Below, piece after piece: positions 14,172 to 25,969 of a stretch of DNA of 64,000 nt. Made by a program: the position numbers and the translations under genes. Under the pieces are notes generated by a model. It made no database searches and was not told where the DNA came from. It saw only the letters and a program-made list of their open reading frames with translations. Origin of the DNA: Octopus sinensis (Eukaryota); the NCBI RefSeq assembly GCF_006345805.1, contig NC_043013.1:57846001-57910000 (forward strand), in the 5' to 3' direction. Numbering within the stretch: the first letter of the stretch is position 1; every line of letters starts with the position of its first letter.

Positions 14172-15567
14172 TACTCTTTTACTCTTTTACTTGTTTCAGC
14201 CATCCGGCTGAGGCCATGCTGGGGCACCGCCCTTGTTGCTACCCTCTCTAAGTCCAGTTTGCCGTGGCTGGCCACTGATCTAAGAGAGAGTTTGTAGCTG
14301 CTGACCTTAGGTTACCTTCGTACCTTGCAGTGGTTCATCTGGATCCCGGAAAGCACTTGTCTAGATGTTTTTTGAAAATGTCCACATCCGCATCATGTAG
14401 ATCTCTTAGTTTTCTTGGCAGTTTGTTGAACAGCTGAGGGCCCCTGAACCCCAGCCTATTGCAGTATCTGCTCCTTACCCTGGATGTGGCACCACACAGT
14501 GACGTCCTGTACGGGGATTGGAACAGCTCTCAATTCCAAAATTTGGTGCTAGTCCCTCCATGATTTTCCATATCTATATCACTGCATATCTTTCTCGTCT
14601 TCGTTCCAAGGAGTACAAATTGAGTTTCCTAAGCCTCTCCCAATAGTTCTTTTCTTTCATGGTGGAAATCATCTTGGTGAAATGTCTTTGGATTGTCTCA
14701 AGCTCTGTGGTTAGTTTGACACTATGCGGTGACCACAGTTGGGAGCAGTAGTCCAGGCGGCTTAGGAAAAATGTCCTCCATAGTGTCAACATGGTCTCGC
14801 AGTCTCTTGTCCGGAATGTCCTCAGGATCCAGCCAGTGAGTCGTCTGCACATTGTCGCCACCTTCGCGATGTGTGAAGAAAAAGATGCATCGTCACTCAT
14901 GTCTATCCCCAGGTCCCGTATTGATTTCGATACTGGGATTCCGATCCCTCCTGGACCAGTATAGTTGTGTTGTATGTATATGTGTTTACAGCTTGATATT
15001 GTAAGGCTTGAAATTTACCAGCATTAATTGCATGTTGTTGTCTTCAGCCCATTTGTATATGGCATCCAGATCTTGTTGTAAAAGTTCAGCATCAGCTGGG
15101 TTTTTGATTGCCTGTGCTACCTTTGTGTCATCAGCATAGCTAGTGGGGATGTTGTTTGTGCTACCAAGGCATGTCAGAGAGCGCCACCAAAAACAGCAAG
15201 GGTCCCAAGACTGTGCCCTGTGGCACCCCGCTTGCTATTGATGTCTTTCCCAAGAGGGCTCCATTGGCTGCAACCATCTGGCTTCTGTCCTTCAGGAAGT
15301 CATGTATCCACTCACCTACTTTTCCTGTTATGCCGAGTCTGAGTAATTTTGTGACATATCACTCCGTGGTCGACTTTGTCAAAGGCCTTCGCAAAGTCGA
15401 GATATACCACATCTACCTGTGAGCGATCCAGTAGTTGTTTCAGTACCCAGTCGTAGTGTTGTAACAGCTGCGTAAGGCAGCTTCTCCTGGGCGAAAGCCA
15501 TGCTGTGTGTCAGTGAGACGGGTTAGTTTCTTCGAGGAACGTGATCAGTTTTTTTTCTGATGATTCG
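14172..15567 (-). mobile_element. CR1/L2-group LINE, subfamily C, 3' part, ending at the assembly gap
   Basis: RT C-terminus (LSRLDYCSQLW, YSLERRRERY). The tail is GCATGGCCTCAGCCGGATGGCTGAAACAAG(TAAAAGAG)n. It is near-identical to 24247-25797. Confidence 0.92.
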
Positions 15568-15667
15568 NNNNNNNNNNNNNNNNNNNNNNNNNNNNNNNNN
15601 NNNNNNNNNNNNNNNNNNNNNNNNNNNNNNNNNNNNNNNNNNNNNNNNNNNNNNNNNNNNNNNNNNN
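15568..15667. other. Assembly gap (100 N)
   Basis: Run of n characters. Confidence 1.
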
Positions 15668-17565
15668 GCAGAAAACAGAGCAGTATTGTTTCTGCAGAAA
15701 ACAGAGCAGTATCGTTTCTGCAGAAAACAGAGCAGTTTTGTTTCTGCAGAAAATAGAGCAGTATTGTTTCTGCAGAAAACAGAGCAGTATTGTTTCTGCA
15801 GAAAATAGAGCAGTATTGTTTCTGCAGAAAACAGAGCAGTATTGTTTCTGCAGAAAACAGAGCAGTATTGTTTCTGCAGAAAAGAGAGCAGTATTGTTTC
15901 TGCAGAAAACAGAGCAGTATTGTTTCTGCAGAAAACAGAGCAGTATTGTTTCTGCAGATAACAGAGCAGTATTGTTGCTGCAGAAAATAGAGCAGTATTG
16001 TTTCTGCAGAAAACAGAGCAGTATTGTTTCTGCAGAAAATAGAGCAGTATTGTTTCTGCAGAAAATAGAGCAGTATTGTTTCTGCAGATAACAGAGCAGT
16101 ATTGTTTCTGCAGAAAACAGAGTAGTATTGTTTCTGCAGAAAATAGAGCAGTATTGTTTCTTCAGAAAACAGAGCAGTATTGTTTCTGCAGAAAATAGAG
16201 CAGTATTGTTTCTGCAGAAAACAGAGCAGTAGTGTTTCTGCAGAAAACAGAGCAGTATTGTTTCTGCAGAAAACAGAGCAGTATTGTTTCTGCAGAAAAC
16301 AGAGCAGTATTGTGTCTGCAGAAAATAGAGCAGTATTGTTTCTGCAGAAAACAGAGCAGTATTGTTTCTGCAGAAAACAGAGCAGTATTGTTTCTGCAGA
16401 AAATAGAGCAGTATTGTTTCTGCAGAAAACAGAGCAGTATTGTTTCTGCAGAAAACAAAGCAGTATTGTTTCTGCAGAAAACAGAGCAGTATTGTTTCTG
16501 CAGAAAATAGAGCAGTATTGTTTCTGCAGAAAACAGAGCAGTATTGTTTCTGCAGAAAATAGAGCAGTATTGTTTCTGCAGAAAATAGAGCAGTATTGTT
16601 TCTGCAGAAAACAGAGCAGTATTGTTTCTGCAGAAAACAGAGCAGTATTGTTTCTGCACAAAATAGAGCAGTATTGTTTCTGCAGAAAACAGAGCAGTAT
16701 TGTTTCTGCAGAAAACAGAGCAGTATTGTTTCTGCAGAAAAGAGAGCAGTATTGTTTCTGCAGAAAACAGAGCAGTATTGTTTCTGCAGAAAACAGAGCA
16801 GTATTGTTTCTGCAGAAAACAGAGCAGTATTGTTTCTGCAGAAAATAGAGCAGTATTGTTTCTGCAGAAAACAGTGCAGTATTGTTTCTGCAGAAAATAG
16901 AGCAGTATTGTTTCTGCAGAAAACAGAGCAGTATTGTTTCTGCAGAAATCAGAGCAGTATTGTTTCTGCAGAAAATAGAGCAGTATTGTTTCTGCAGAAA
17001 ATAGAGCAGTCTTGTGTCTGCAGAAAACAGAGCAGTATTGTTTCTGCAGAAAACAGAGCAGTATTGTTTCTGCAGAAAATAGAGCAGTATTGTTTCTGCA
17101 GAAAATAGAGCAGTATTGTTTCTGCAGAAAATAGAGCAGTATTGTTTCTGCAGAAAACAGAGCAGTATTGTTTCTGCAGAAAATAGAGCAGTATTGTTTC
17201 TGCAGAAAATAGAGCAGTATTGTTTCTGCAGAAAACAGAGCAGTATTGTTTCTGCAGAAAACAGAGCAGTATTGTTTCTGCAGAAAATAGAGCAGTATTG
17301 TTTCTGCAGAAAATAGAGCAGTATTGTTTCTGCAGAAAACAGAGCAGTATTGTTTCTGCAGCAGAATTATTTCTACAGCAGTATTGTTTGTGGAAGCAGT
17401 ATTGTTTCTGCAAGCAGTGTTGTTTCTGCAAGCAGTATTGTTTCTGCAAGCAGTGTGTTTCTGCAAGCAGTGTTGTTTCTGCAAGCAGTATTGTTTCTGC
17501 AAGCAGTGTTGTTTCTGCAAGCAGTGTTGTTTCTGCAAGCAGTATTGTTTCTGCAAACAGTATTC
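15668..17565. repeat. 26-bp minisatellite GCAGAAAACAGAGCAGTATTGTTTCT (~65 units to ~17350), then a shorter 18-19-bp derivative (TTGTTTCTGCAAGCAGTA) to ~17565
   Basis: Direct tandem repeats. The long 'ORFs' here are 26-aa periodic translations of three units. Confidence 0.97.
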
Positions 17566-18396
17566 TATATATATATCTATCTATATATATATCTATATAT
17601 CTATATGTATATATATATATCTATATATCTATATCTATATATATGTATATATATCTATATATCTATATCTATATATATATATATATATATATCTATATCA
17701 ATATATATCTATATATCTAAATCTATCTATATCAATATATATCTATATATCTATATCTATATCTATATATATCTATATCTATATCTATATATATATATCT
17801 ATATATCAATATCTATATATATCTATATATCTATATCTATATATATATATATATCTATATATCTATATCTATATGTATCTATATATCTATATATATATAT
17901 ATATCTATATATCTATATCTATATATATATATATATATATCTATATCTATATATATCTATATATCTATATATATCTATATCTATATATTTATATATCTAT
18001 ATATCTATATATATATATATATATCTATATATATATCTATATATCTATATATATATCTATATATCTATATATATATCTATATATCTATATATATATATAT
18101 ATATATATATCTATATATATATCTATATATATATATATATTGATATCTATATATCTATATATATAACTATATATCTATATAAATATATCTATATATCTCT
18201 ATATATGTATCTATATATATATCTATATATATATCTATCTATATATCTATATATATATATCTAATATCTATATCTATATATTATATATCTATATATATAT
18301 ATATATATATAATATATATATATATATATAATATGTATCTATATATATCTATATATATATATATATCTACATATATATATATCTATATATATATAT
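17566..18396. repeat. Cryptic (TA)n/(TATC)n microsatellite
   Basis: Visible directly. Confidence 0.95.
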
Positions 18397-18868
18397 CGTG
18401 ACGTATATTTGCCATCTCAATATGGCTACCCCTAAGGGTGGATGCTACTGTAGTTTTTAGCCCCAGGAGGACACACTCCTCCAGCTGGCCATAGACACAC
18501 TTTCTGTGTCCTGTCAGTATTTGCAAAGGAAGTCATCCTTCCCGTCTTCAACTTATGATACACACGGACTCGAGTTTCGAGGTATTGACCTCTCGTCAGC
18601 GTGTGACAATCATAGTTGTCGGCGAGAATTAGATTTCCTTCACAAATACTTATACTTTTTCCAGCGTCCACTGTCGCTGATATTGAAAAAGTGAAATGAA
18701 ACAATGATAAATATCAAAGTGAGTTATATACAGTAGCGGTAACACATCGTGACGTATATTTGCCATCTCAATATGGCTACCCCTAAGGGTGGATGCTACT
18801 GTAGTTTTTAGCCCCAGGAGGACACACTCCTCCAGCTGGCCATAGACACACTCCTCCAGCTGGCCATA
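18397..18868 (-). mobile_element. Retrozyme-like repeat family A: one full 351-bp monomer plus ~120 bp of the next unit
   Basis: CGTGACGTATATTTGCC recurs at 18397 and 18748. The repeat is non-coding, contains an HHR, and ends in a 23-bp local duplication (ACACACTCCTCCAGCTGGCCATA). Confidence 0.8.
18555..18613 (-). ncRNA. Type I hammerhead ribozyme, family A, fully canonical. Predicted cleavage between 18567 and 18566.
   Basis: The minus strand reads AUGAU-UGU-CACACG CUGACGA GAGG-UCAAUA-CCUC GAAA CUCGAG UC|CGUGUG-U-AUCAU. It has an intact core, G10.1-C11.1, a GUC site, palindromic stem III and a bulged stem I. Confidence 0.93.
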
Positions 18869-18910
<42 letters not shown>

Positions 18911-19079
18911 ATATCTATATCTATATATATTTAGATATATATCTATATATATTTAGATATATATATATATATATTTAGATATATATATATATATATTATA
19001 TATAAATATCTATATATATATATATATCTTATATATATATATATATATCTATATATATCTATATATATATATCTATGTA

Positions 19080-19122
<43 letters not shown>

Positions 19123-19183
19123 ATATATCTATATATATATCTATATATCTATATATCAATATATATATATCTATATATCTATA

Positions 19184-19236
<53 letters not shown>

Positions 19237-19271
19237 ATCTATATATATATATATATATTATATATATATAT

Positions 19272-22200
19272 ATCGATGCTCCTACTGAACATCAGAGGAC
19301 TGCAAACACTCAGTAACAGGACAAAGATCCCGTTCCTGAGAGACTTTGTTGCATGCAATCAAGCCTTATGCATAGCACTTACAGAAACGCCCCTGAAACC
19401 GGACATAGAAGATGCGGAGTTACACATACCACAGTATGCTGTGCTACGGACCGACAGCAAAGAAAGGTGTCATGGAGGTGTTGCTATGTACATCTGTGAG
19501 GACCTCACACCCCAGGTCCTCTTGTCATACTCAAACTCGGTGTGTGACACACTAATTGTACATATTAGGCAACTTGATGTAGTTGTGTGTGCTACATATC
19601 GCCCCAAGCCATGTGGGCAAGTTTGAAGACTGCCTTATAAAAATAGAAGAAATTCTAACCACATTAGAACAACACATAGGTGTGCTTCTTATGGGAGACT
19701 TCAATCTGCCCAATGTCAGATGGCACGAGGGCCTTTCTCTCCCAGGAATGACATGATGTGAACGAGGACAGGCGAGGTCCCTCCTGAACCACATCAACAC
19801 CCTGTACATGGAGCAGGTAATACTCCAACCAACCAGGGCAGGTAACACACTGGATCTCTGCTTCACAAATGACATGGATCTCATCCATAATGTGAAAGTG
19901 ACACCGACACTACTCTCAGATCACAACATGATAGAGCTGACCATGTACGGGCCAAAAGAGAGCACGGACATGCAGCCTACAAGAAACCCTCAAAATCTTT
20001 CCAGCTTGAACTACCATAAGGCAAACTGGAAACAAATTGAGAAAGAGATCCTCAAACAAAACTGGCCTAAATGTCTCTCCTCGCCAGACATCGACGTGAA
20101 ACTTCAACAATTCATGTCTGTAATGCAAGCCAAATGCTACAAATGTGTCCCAGAGAGAAAGGCCACTGTACACAAGAACAAAATCCCCAGAGAGAGGAAA
20201 ATTTTAATGAGACGGCGTACGAAATTTTCAAATCGCCTAAACAAACAGATTGAGAGCAGTTAAATGTCCCGCCTAAAAATAAAACTGTTGGAAATCGAAA
20301 AATGTCTGCAACTCTCCCATGAAAAAGAAAGAGCAGACAAAGAAGCCTGGGCTATAGAAAACATAAAATCTAACCCCAGAGCTTGCTACAGGTATGCCAA
20401 AGAAACAGCTACGGTGCACTGTAGAATAGGGCCACTCCTCGAAAAGGATGGCACACTTACAGGAAAACCAATGAGGGTAAGTGAAATACTGAATGAGCAA
20501 TTCAAGAGTGTTTTCACTCCACCCCTTGGGCATCTCCAAATCAGCAATCCAACTGACTTTTGTACCACTGCAGATATAAAATCAGAGGCGGCGACGATAG
20601 ATTACATCGATATAAAGGAAGACGATGTAACCAAGGCTATAGATGAAATGAAAACAGACTCAGCTACTGGCCCCGATGGATTCCCGGCAATCCTCCTAAA
20701 AGCATGTAAGAGAGTCCTAGCAAGACCACTGCAGTTCCTCTTTCAGAGCTTCCTTGCAGCTGGCAAACTTCCAGGAAAACTGAAGGAAGGTAAAATATGC
20801 CCCATTCATAAAGAGGTAGCAGAGCGGAAGCCTAGAACTATAGACCTATCTCTCTGACCTCACACATCAGCAAGGTCATGGAACGAATAGGCAGAAGGAA
20901 GCTGATCACCTTCCTTGAAGAGAATGACTTGCTGCCCGACACCCAACATGGTTTCCGACCAGGGTGAAGCTGTTTAACTCAGCTCCTACAACACTATGAC
21001 TGGGTGCTGAAACGGCTGCTCAACCACTCAAATGTGGAAGTGATATATCTCGACTTTGCAAAGGCCTTTGATAAAGTCGATCATGGGATGATATGTCACA
21101 AACTGCGTGTTCTCAACATAGTTGGAAAACTGGGAGAATGGCTTCCTGACTTTCTGAAGGATAGAAGTCAGGTGGTAGTAGCCAATGGGGCCACCTCCAT
21201 TAACACACAAATAGTGAGCGGTGTTCCGCAGGGCACTGTTCTGGGACCACTACTGTTCATAATGGCCCTCTCAGACATGCCCTCACTCACGCAGAGAGCC
21301 ACGATCACAAGTTATGCAGATGATACAAAAGTTTCACAGGCAATACAGAACCCTGAGGACACTAAACACCTGCAATGTGAGCTGGACGAAATATACAAGT
21401 GGGCTGAAAAGAATAGCATGCAGTTCAATGCTGGAAAATTTCAAGCTTTATACTATCAGCATGCAAAACTGAATGCAATACCCAATGAATACACTGGACC
21501 CGGAGGGATTGCAATCCCAGAGGCACAATCAGTGCGTGACCTGGGTATTCACATGAGTGATGACGCGACCTTTCGTGTACATGTTGCTAAACTGACAATG
21601 AAATGTAGAGGGCTGGCTGGCTGGATTCTTAGAACCTTTAGAACAATAGAACAAGAAACCATGATGGTCCTCCGGAAGACACTTGTCCTAAGCCACTTTG
21701 ACTATTGCTCTCAGCTATGGTCACCATCCAGTGTCAAGTTGATCACAGAACTTGAGGCGATCCAACGAAGCTACACGAAGAAGATAGCCTCTATGCAGAA
21801 TGTAAGCTACTGGGAAAGACTCAAGAGATTAAAATTATATTCTCTGGAGCGTAGGCGGGAAAGATATGCCATAATATACATCTGGAAGATCCTGGAGGGA
21901 AGTGTCCTGAACTTTGGCATCGAGAGTTACGCAAATGCCAGAACTGGGCGCCACTGCGTGGTGCCTAGGACTCCAAACCAGCCATCAAGATGTAGGACAA
22001 GATTATGTGATAGCCTGGGCTTCCGAGGCCCACAGCTCTTCAATATCCTCCCGAAGAACCTGAGAGACTTGCATCGGGTGGATACAGATGTCTTTAAAAT
22101 GAAGCTGGATCTCTACCTGTCAGGTGTCCCAGATGAACCAACTTCACGGCAGGAGGGGCAGATGAGGGCAGCTGCATCGAACTGTCTCATGCACCAAATA

Positions 22201-22316
22201 GCAGTTGCTAGAAAGCCCCCATGAAGTGAAACCAAGTAGCAACACCAAATGGCGGTGCCCCAGCATGGCCACAGCTCATAAGCTGAAACTAGAATCAATC
22301 AATCAATCAATCAATC
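19272..22316 (+). mobile_element. CR1/L2-group LINE, subfamily B, ORF2 (APE-RT) nearly complete, with frameshifts and stops
   Basis: It starts at [17 protein letters not shown]. The RT ORF is 21004-22224. The 3' tail plus (AATC)n is at 22250-22316. Confidence 0.93.
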
Positions 22317-22723
22317 ATATATATCTATATATATATATTTATGTAACTATATATATATATATCCATATATATATATCTATATATCTATATATATATATCT
22401 ATATATATATATCTATCTATATATATCTATCTATCTATATATATTTATCTATATATATCTATCTATATATATCTATCTATATATATCTATCTATATATAT
22501 ATATCTATCTATATAAAAAAGAAGGGTAATAATATTATTTACTACCAGGTGCCCAGCACAAAAGACGAATTAGTCATAAGACAAAAATATTATTCATATA
22601 GAAAAATATTATTCATGTAGTTATACAATTAAGGGCTCCTAAATAAAGATGCCGAGTGCTGGGAACACAAAAAGGGGATGAATTTATCAAGAGTGAAAAT
22701 CAAAAACGTTTACCGATAACTTT

Positions 22724-22805
22724 AACAACTCGTACCGCGGTTTCTGCTTCTTTCTAGCAAAACACAGAATATGTTTGCTAAGGCCAGCTTCATCAGCGAG
22801 TCGCC
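22724..22805 (-). ncRNA. Type I hammerhead, family B copy 1. Predicted cleavage between 22733 and 22732.
   Basis: GGCGACUCG CUGAUGA [45-nt stem II] GAAA CCGCGG UA|CGAGUUGUU. Stem III is palindromic. The base of stem II is an atypical A.A pair. Confidence 0.78.
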
Positions 22806-23169
22806 TGAATTTAATCGAGGTCTGCAGCGATGTGGGACTATGTGTTAAACCCGACTACTAGCAGATCTTTAACTTTTCAAATCTCTGCGCAGACGCAAAA
22901 TTTACACGGGCATGCCGGGAAGAATTTTACGAATAAATTCATCATGTAGTATGCGAATATAAACAAGAAGGGTAGTAATATTATTTACTACCAGGTGCCC
23001 AGCACAAAAGACGAATTAGTCATAAGACAAAAATATTATTCATATAGAAAAATATTATTCATGTAGTTATACAATTAAGGGCTCCTAAATAAAGATGCCG
23101 AGTGCTGGGAACACAAAATGGGGAGGAATTTATCGAGAGTGAAAATCAAAAACGTTTACCGATAACTTT

Positions 23170-23251
23170 AACAACTCGTACCTCGGTTTCTGCTTCTTTC
23201 TAGCAAAACACAGAATATGTTTGCTAAGGCCAGCTTCATCAGCGAGTCGCC
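23170..23251 (-). ncRNA. Type I hammerhead, family B copy 2 (stem III CCGAGG, palindrome broken)
   Basis: Same as copy 1 except CCGAGG. The core and the GUA triplet are intact. Confidence 0.75.
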
Positions 23252-23613
23252 TGAATTTAATCGAGGTCTGCAGCGATGTGGGACTATGTGTTAAACCCGA
23301 CTACTAGCAGATCTTAACTTTTCAAATCTCTGCGCAGACGCAAAATTTACACGGGCATGCCGGGAAGAATTTTACGAATAAATTCATCATGTAGTATGCG
23401 AATATGAACAAGAAGGCTAGTAATATTATTTACTACCAGGTGCCCAGCACAAAAGACGAATTAGTCATAAGACAAAAATATTATTCATATAGAAAAATAT
23501 TATTCATGTAGTTATACAATTAAGGGCTCCTAATAAAGATGCCGAGTGCTGGGAACACAAAAAGGGGTTGAATTTATCGAGAGTGAAAATCAAAAACGTT
23601 TACCGATAACTTT

Positions 23614-23694
23614 AACAACTCGTGCCGCGGTTTCTGCTTCTTTCTAGCAAAACACAGAATATGTTTGCTAGGCCAGCTTCATCAGCGAGTCGCC
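23614..23694 (-). ncRNA. Type I hammerhead, family B copy 3 (U16.1->C, probably inactive)
   Basis: GAAA CCGCGG CA CGAG, so the NUH triplet is lost. Confidence 0.7.
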
Positions 23695-23980
23695 TGAATT
23701 TAATCGAGGTCTGCAGCGATGTGGGACTATGTGTTAAACCCGACTACTAGCAGATCTTAACATTTCAAATCTCTGCGCAGACGCAAAATTTACACGGGCA
23801 TGCCGGGAAGAATTTTACGAATAAATTCATCATGTAGTATGCGAATATAAACAAGAAGGGTAGTAATATTATTTACTACCAGGTGCCCAGCACAAAAGAC
23901 GAATTAGTCATAAGACAAAAATATTATTCATATAGAAAAATATTTCCCAGCACTCGGTATCTATCTATATATATATATAT

Positions 23981-24023
<43 letters not shown>

Positions 24024-24246
24024 GTATATATCTATATATATATATATTCTATATATATATATATCTATCTATCTATATATATAATATATCTATATATATA
24101 TATATCTATATATATATCTATCTATATATATCTATATATATAATATATATATATATATATGCTTTTATGTGTATATTTATATTTATATTCATACGTCTGT
24201 ATATGTATGGCGTTTGCACGCATAATTTTGTGTATGTTGATATATA

Positions 24247-25797
24247 TACTCTTTTTTTTTTTTTTTTACTTGTTTCAGCCATCCGGCTGAGGCCATGCTG
24301 GTGCACCGCCCTTGTTGCTACCCTCTCTAAGTCTAGTTTGCCGTGGCTGGCCACTGATCTAAGAGAGAGTTTGTAGCTGCTGCCCTTAGGTTATCTTCGT
24401 ACCTTGCAGTGGGTTCATCTGGGATCCCGAAAAGCAGCTTGTCTAGATGTTTTTTGAAAATGTCCACATCCGCATCATGTAGATCTCTTAGTTTTCTTGG
24501 CAGTTTGTTGAACAGCTGAGGGCCCCTGAACCCCAGGCTATTACAGTATCTGCCCCTTACCCTGGATGTGGAAGACGGGACCTTTGGCACCACACAGTGA
24601 CGTCCTGTACGGGGATTGGAACAGCTCTCAATTCCAAAATTTGGTGCTAGTCCCTCCAGGATTTTCCATATGTATATCACTGCATACCTCTCTCGTCTTC
24701 GTTCCAAGGAGTACAAATTGAGTTCCCTAAGCCTCTCCCAATAGTTCTTTTCTTTCATGGTGGAAATCCTCTTGGTGAAATGTCTTTGGATTGTCTCAAG
24801 CTCTGTGGTTAGTTTGACACTATGCGGTGACCACAGTTGGGAGCAGTAGTCCAGGCGGCTTAGGACAAATGTCCTCCATAGTGTCAACATGGTCTCGCAG
24901 TCTCTTGTCCGGAATGTCCTCAGGATCCAGCCAGTGAGTCGTCTGCACATTGTCGCCACCTTCGCGATGTGTGAAGAAAAAGATGCATCGTCACTCATGT
25001 CTATCCCCAGGTCCCGTATTGATTTCGATACTGGGATTTCGATCCCTCCTGGACCAGTATAGTTGTGTTGTAATGTATAAGTGTTTACAGCTTGATATTG
25101 TAAGGCTTGAAATTTACCAGCATTAAATTGCATGTTGTTGTCTTCAGCGCATTTGTATATGGCATTCAGAACTTGTTGTAAAAGGTCAGCATCAGCTGGG
25201 TTTTTTATTGCCTGTGCTACCTTTGTGTCATCAGTATAGCTAGTGAGGGATGTTGTTTGTGCTACCAAGAGCATGTCAGAGAGCGCCACCAAAACAGCGA
25301 GGGTCCCAAGACTGTGCCCTGTGGCACCCCGCTTGCTATTGGTGTCTTTCCCGAGAGGGCTCCATTGGCTGCAACCATCTGGCTTCTGTCCTTCAGGAAG
25401 TCATGTATCCACTCACCTACTTTTCCTGTTATGCCGAGTCTAAGTAATTTGTGACATATCACTCCGTGGTCGACTTTGTCAAAGGCCTTCGTAAAGTTGA
25501 GATATACCACATCCACCTGTGAGCGATCCAGTAGTTGTTTCAGTACCCAGTCGTAGTGTTGTAACAGCTGCGTAAGGCAGCTTCTTCCTGGGCGAAAGCC
25601 ATGCTGTGTGTCAGTGAGACGGTTAGTTTCTTCGAGGAACGTGATCAGTTTTTTTCTGATGATTCGTTCCATGACCTTACTTATGTGTGACGTCAGGGAG
25701 ACTGGCCTGTAGTTTTTGGCCTCTGCTCTACTCCCTCCTTTGTGGATAGGGCATATGGTGCCTTCTTTTAGCGCCCTGGGCAGTTTACCGTTAGCCA
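24247..25797 (-). mobile_element. CR1/L2-group LINE, subfamily C, 5'-truncated
   Basis: RT ORFs are 25262-25798 and 24333-25292. The 3' tail matches 14172. Confidence 0.92.
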
Positions 25798-25969
25798 TAT
25801 ATATATGTAGATTTTAATATAATTATGTATTGCAGTGTAATATTTATAACAGGTTTAATTTCTATGCATTAATTTGCACTTTCTTCATTAACGTCAATAT
25901 GTATTTTATTCAATGTAATGTTTTTTCCCCGGATTTTATAATTTCTATAAGTTTTTTATATATATATAT

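Larger units (their letters stand above)
22519..23962 (-). mobile_element. Retrozyme-like tandem array family B: three ~445-bp monomers plus a ~90-bp partial unit and a 19-bp inverted cap
   Basis: AAGAAGG(G/C)TA starts at 22519, 22965, 23410 and 23853 (periods 446, 445, 443). The array is non-coding, and each full unit has one HHR on the minus strand. Confidence 0.82.

Noticed and set aside
15668-17350. CRISPR-like array or long repetitive protein (383-464 aa ORFs)
   Set aside because: There are no unique spacers and the units abut directly. The ORFs are the 26-aa periodic translation of a stop-free 26-bp unit on both strands.
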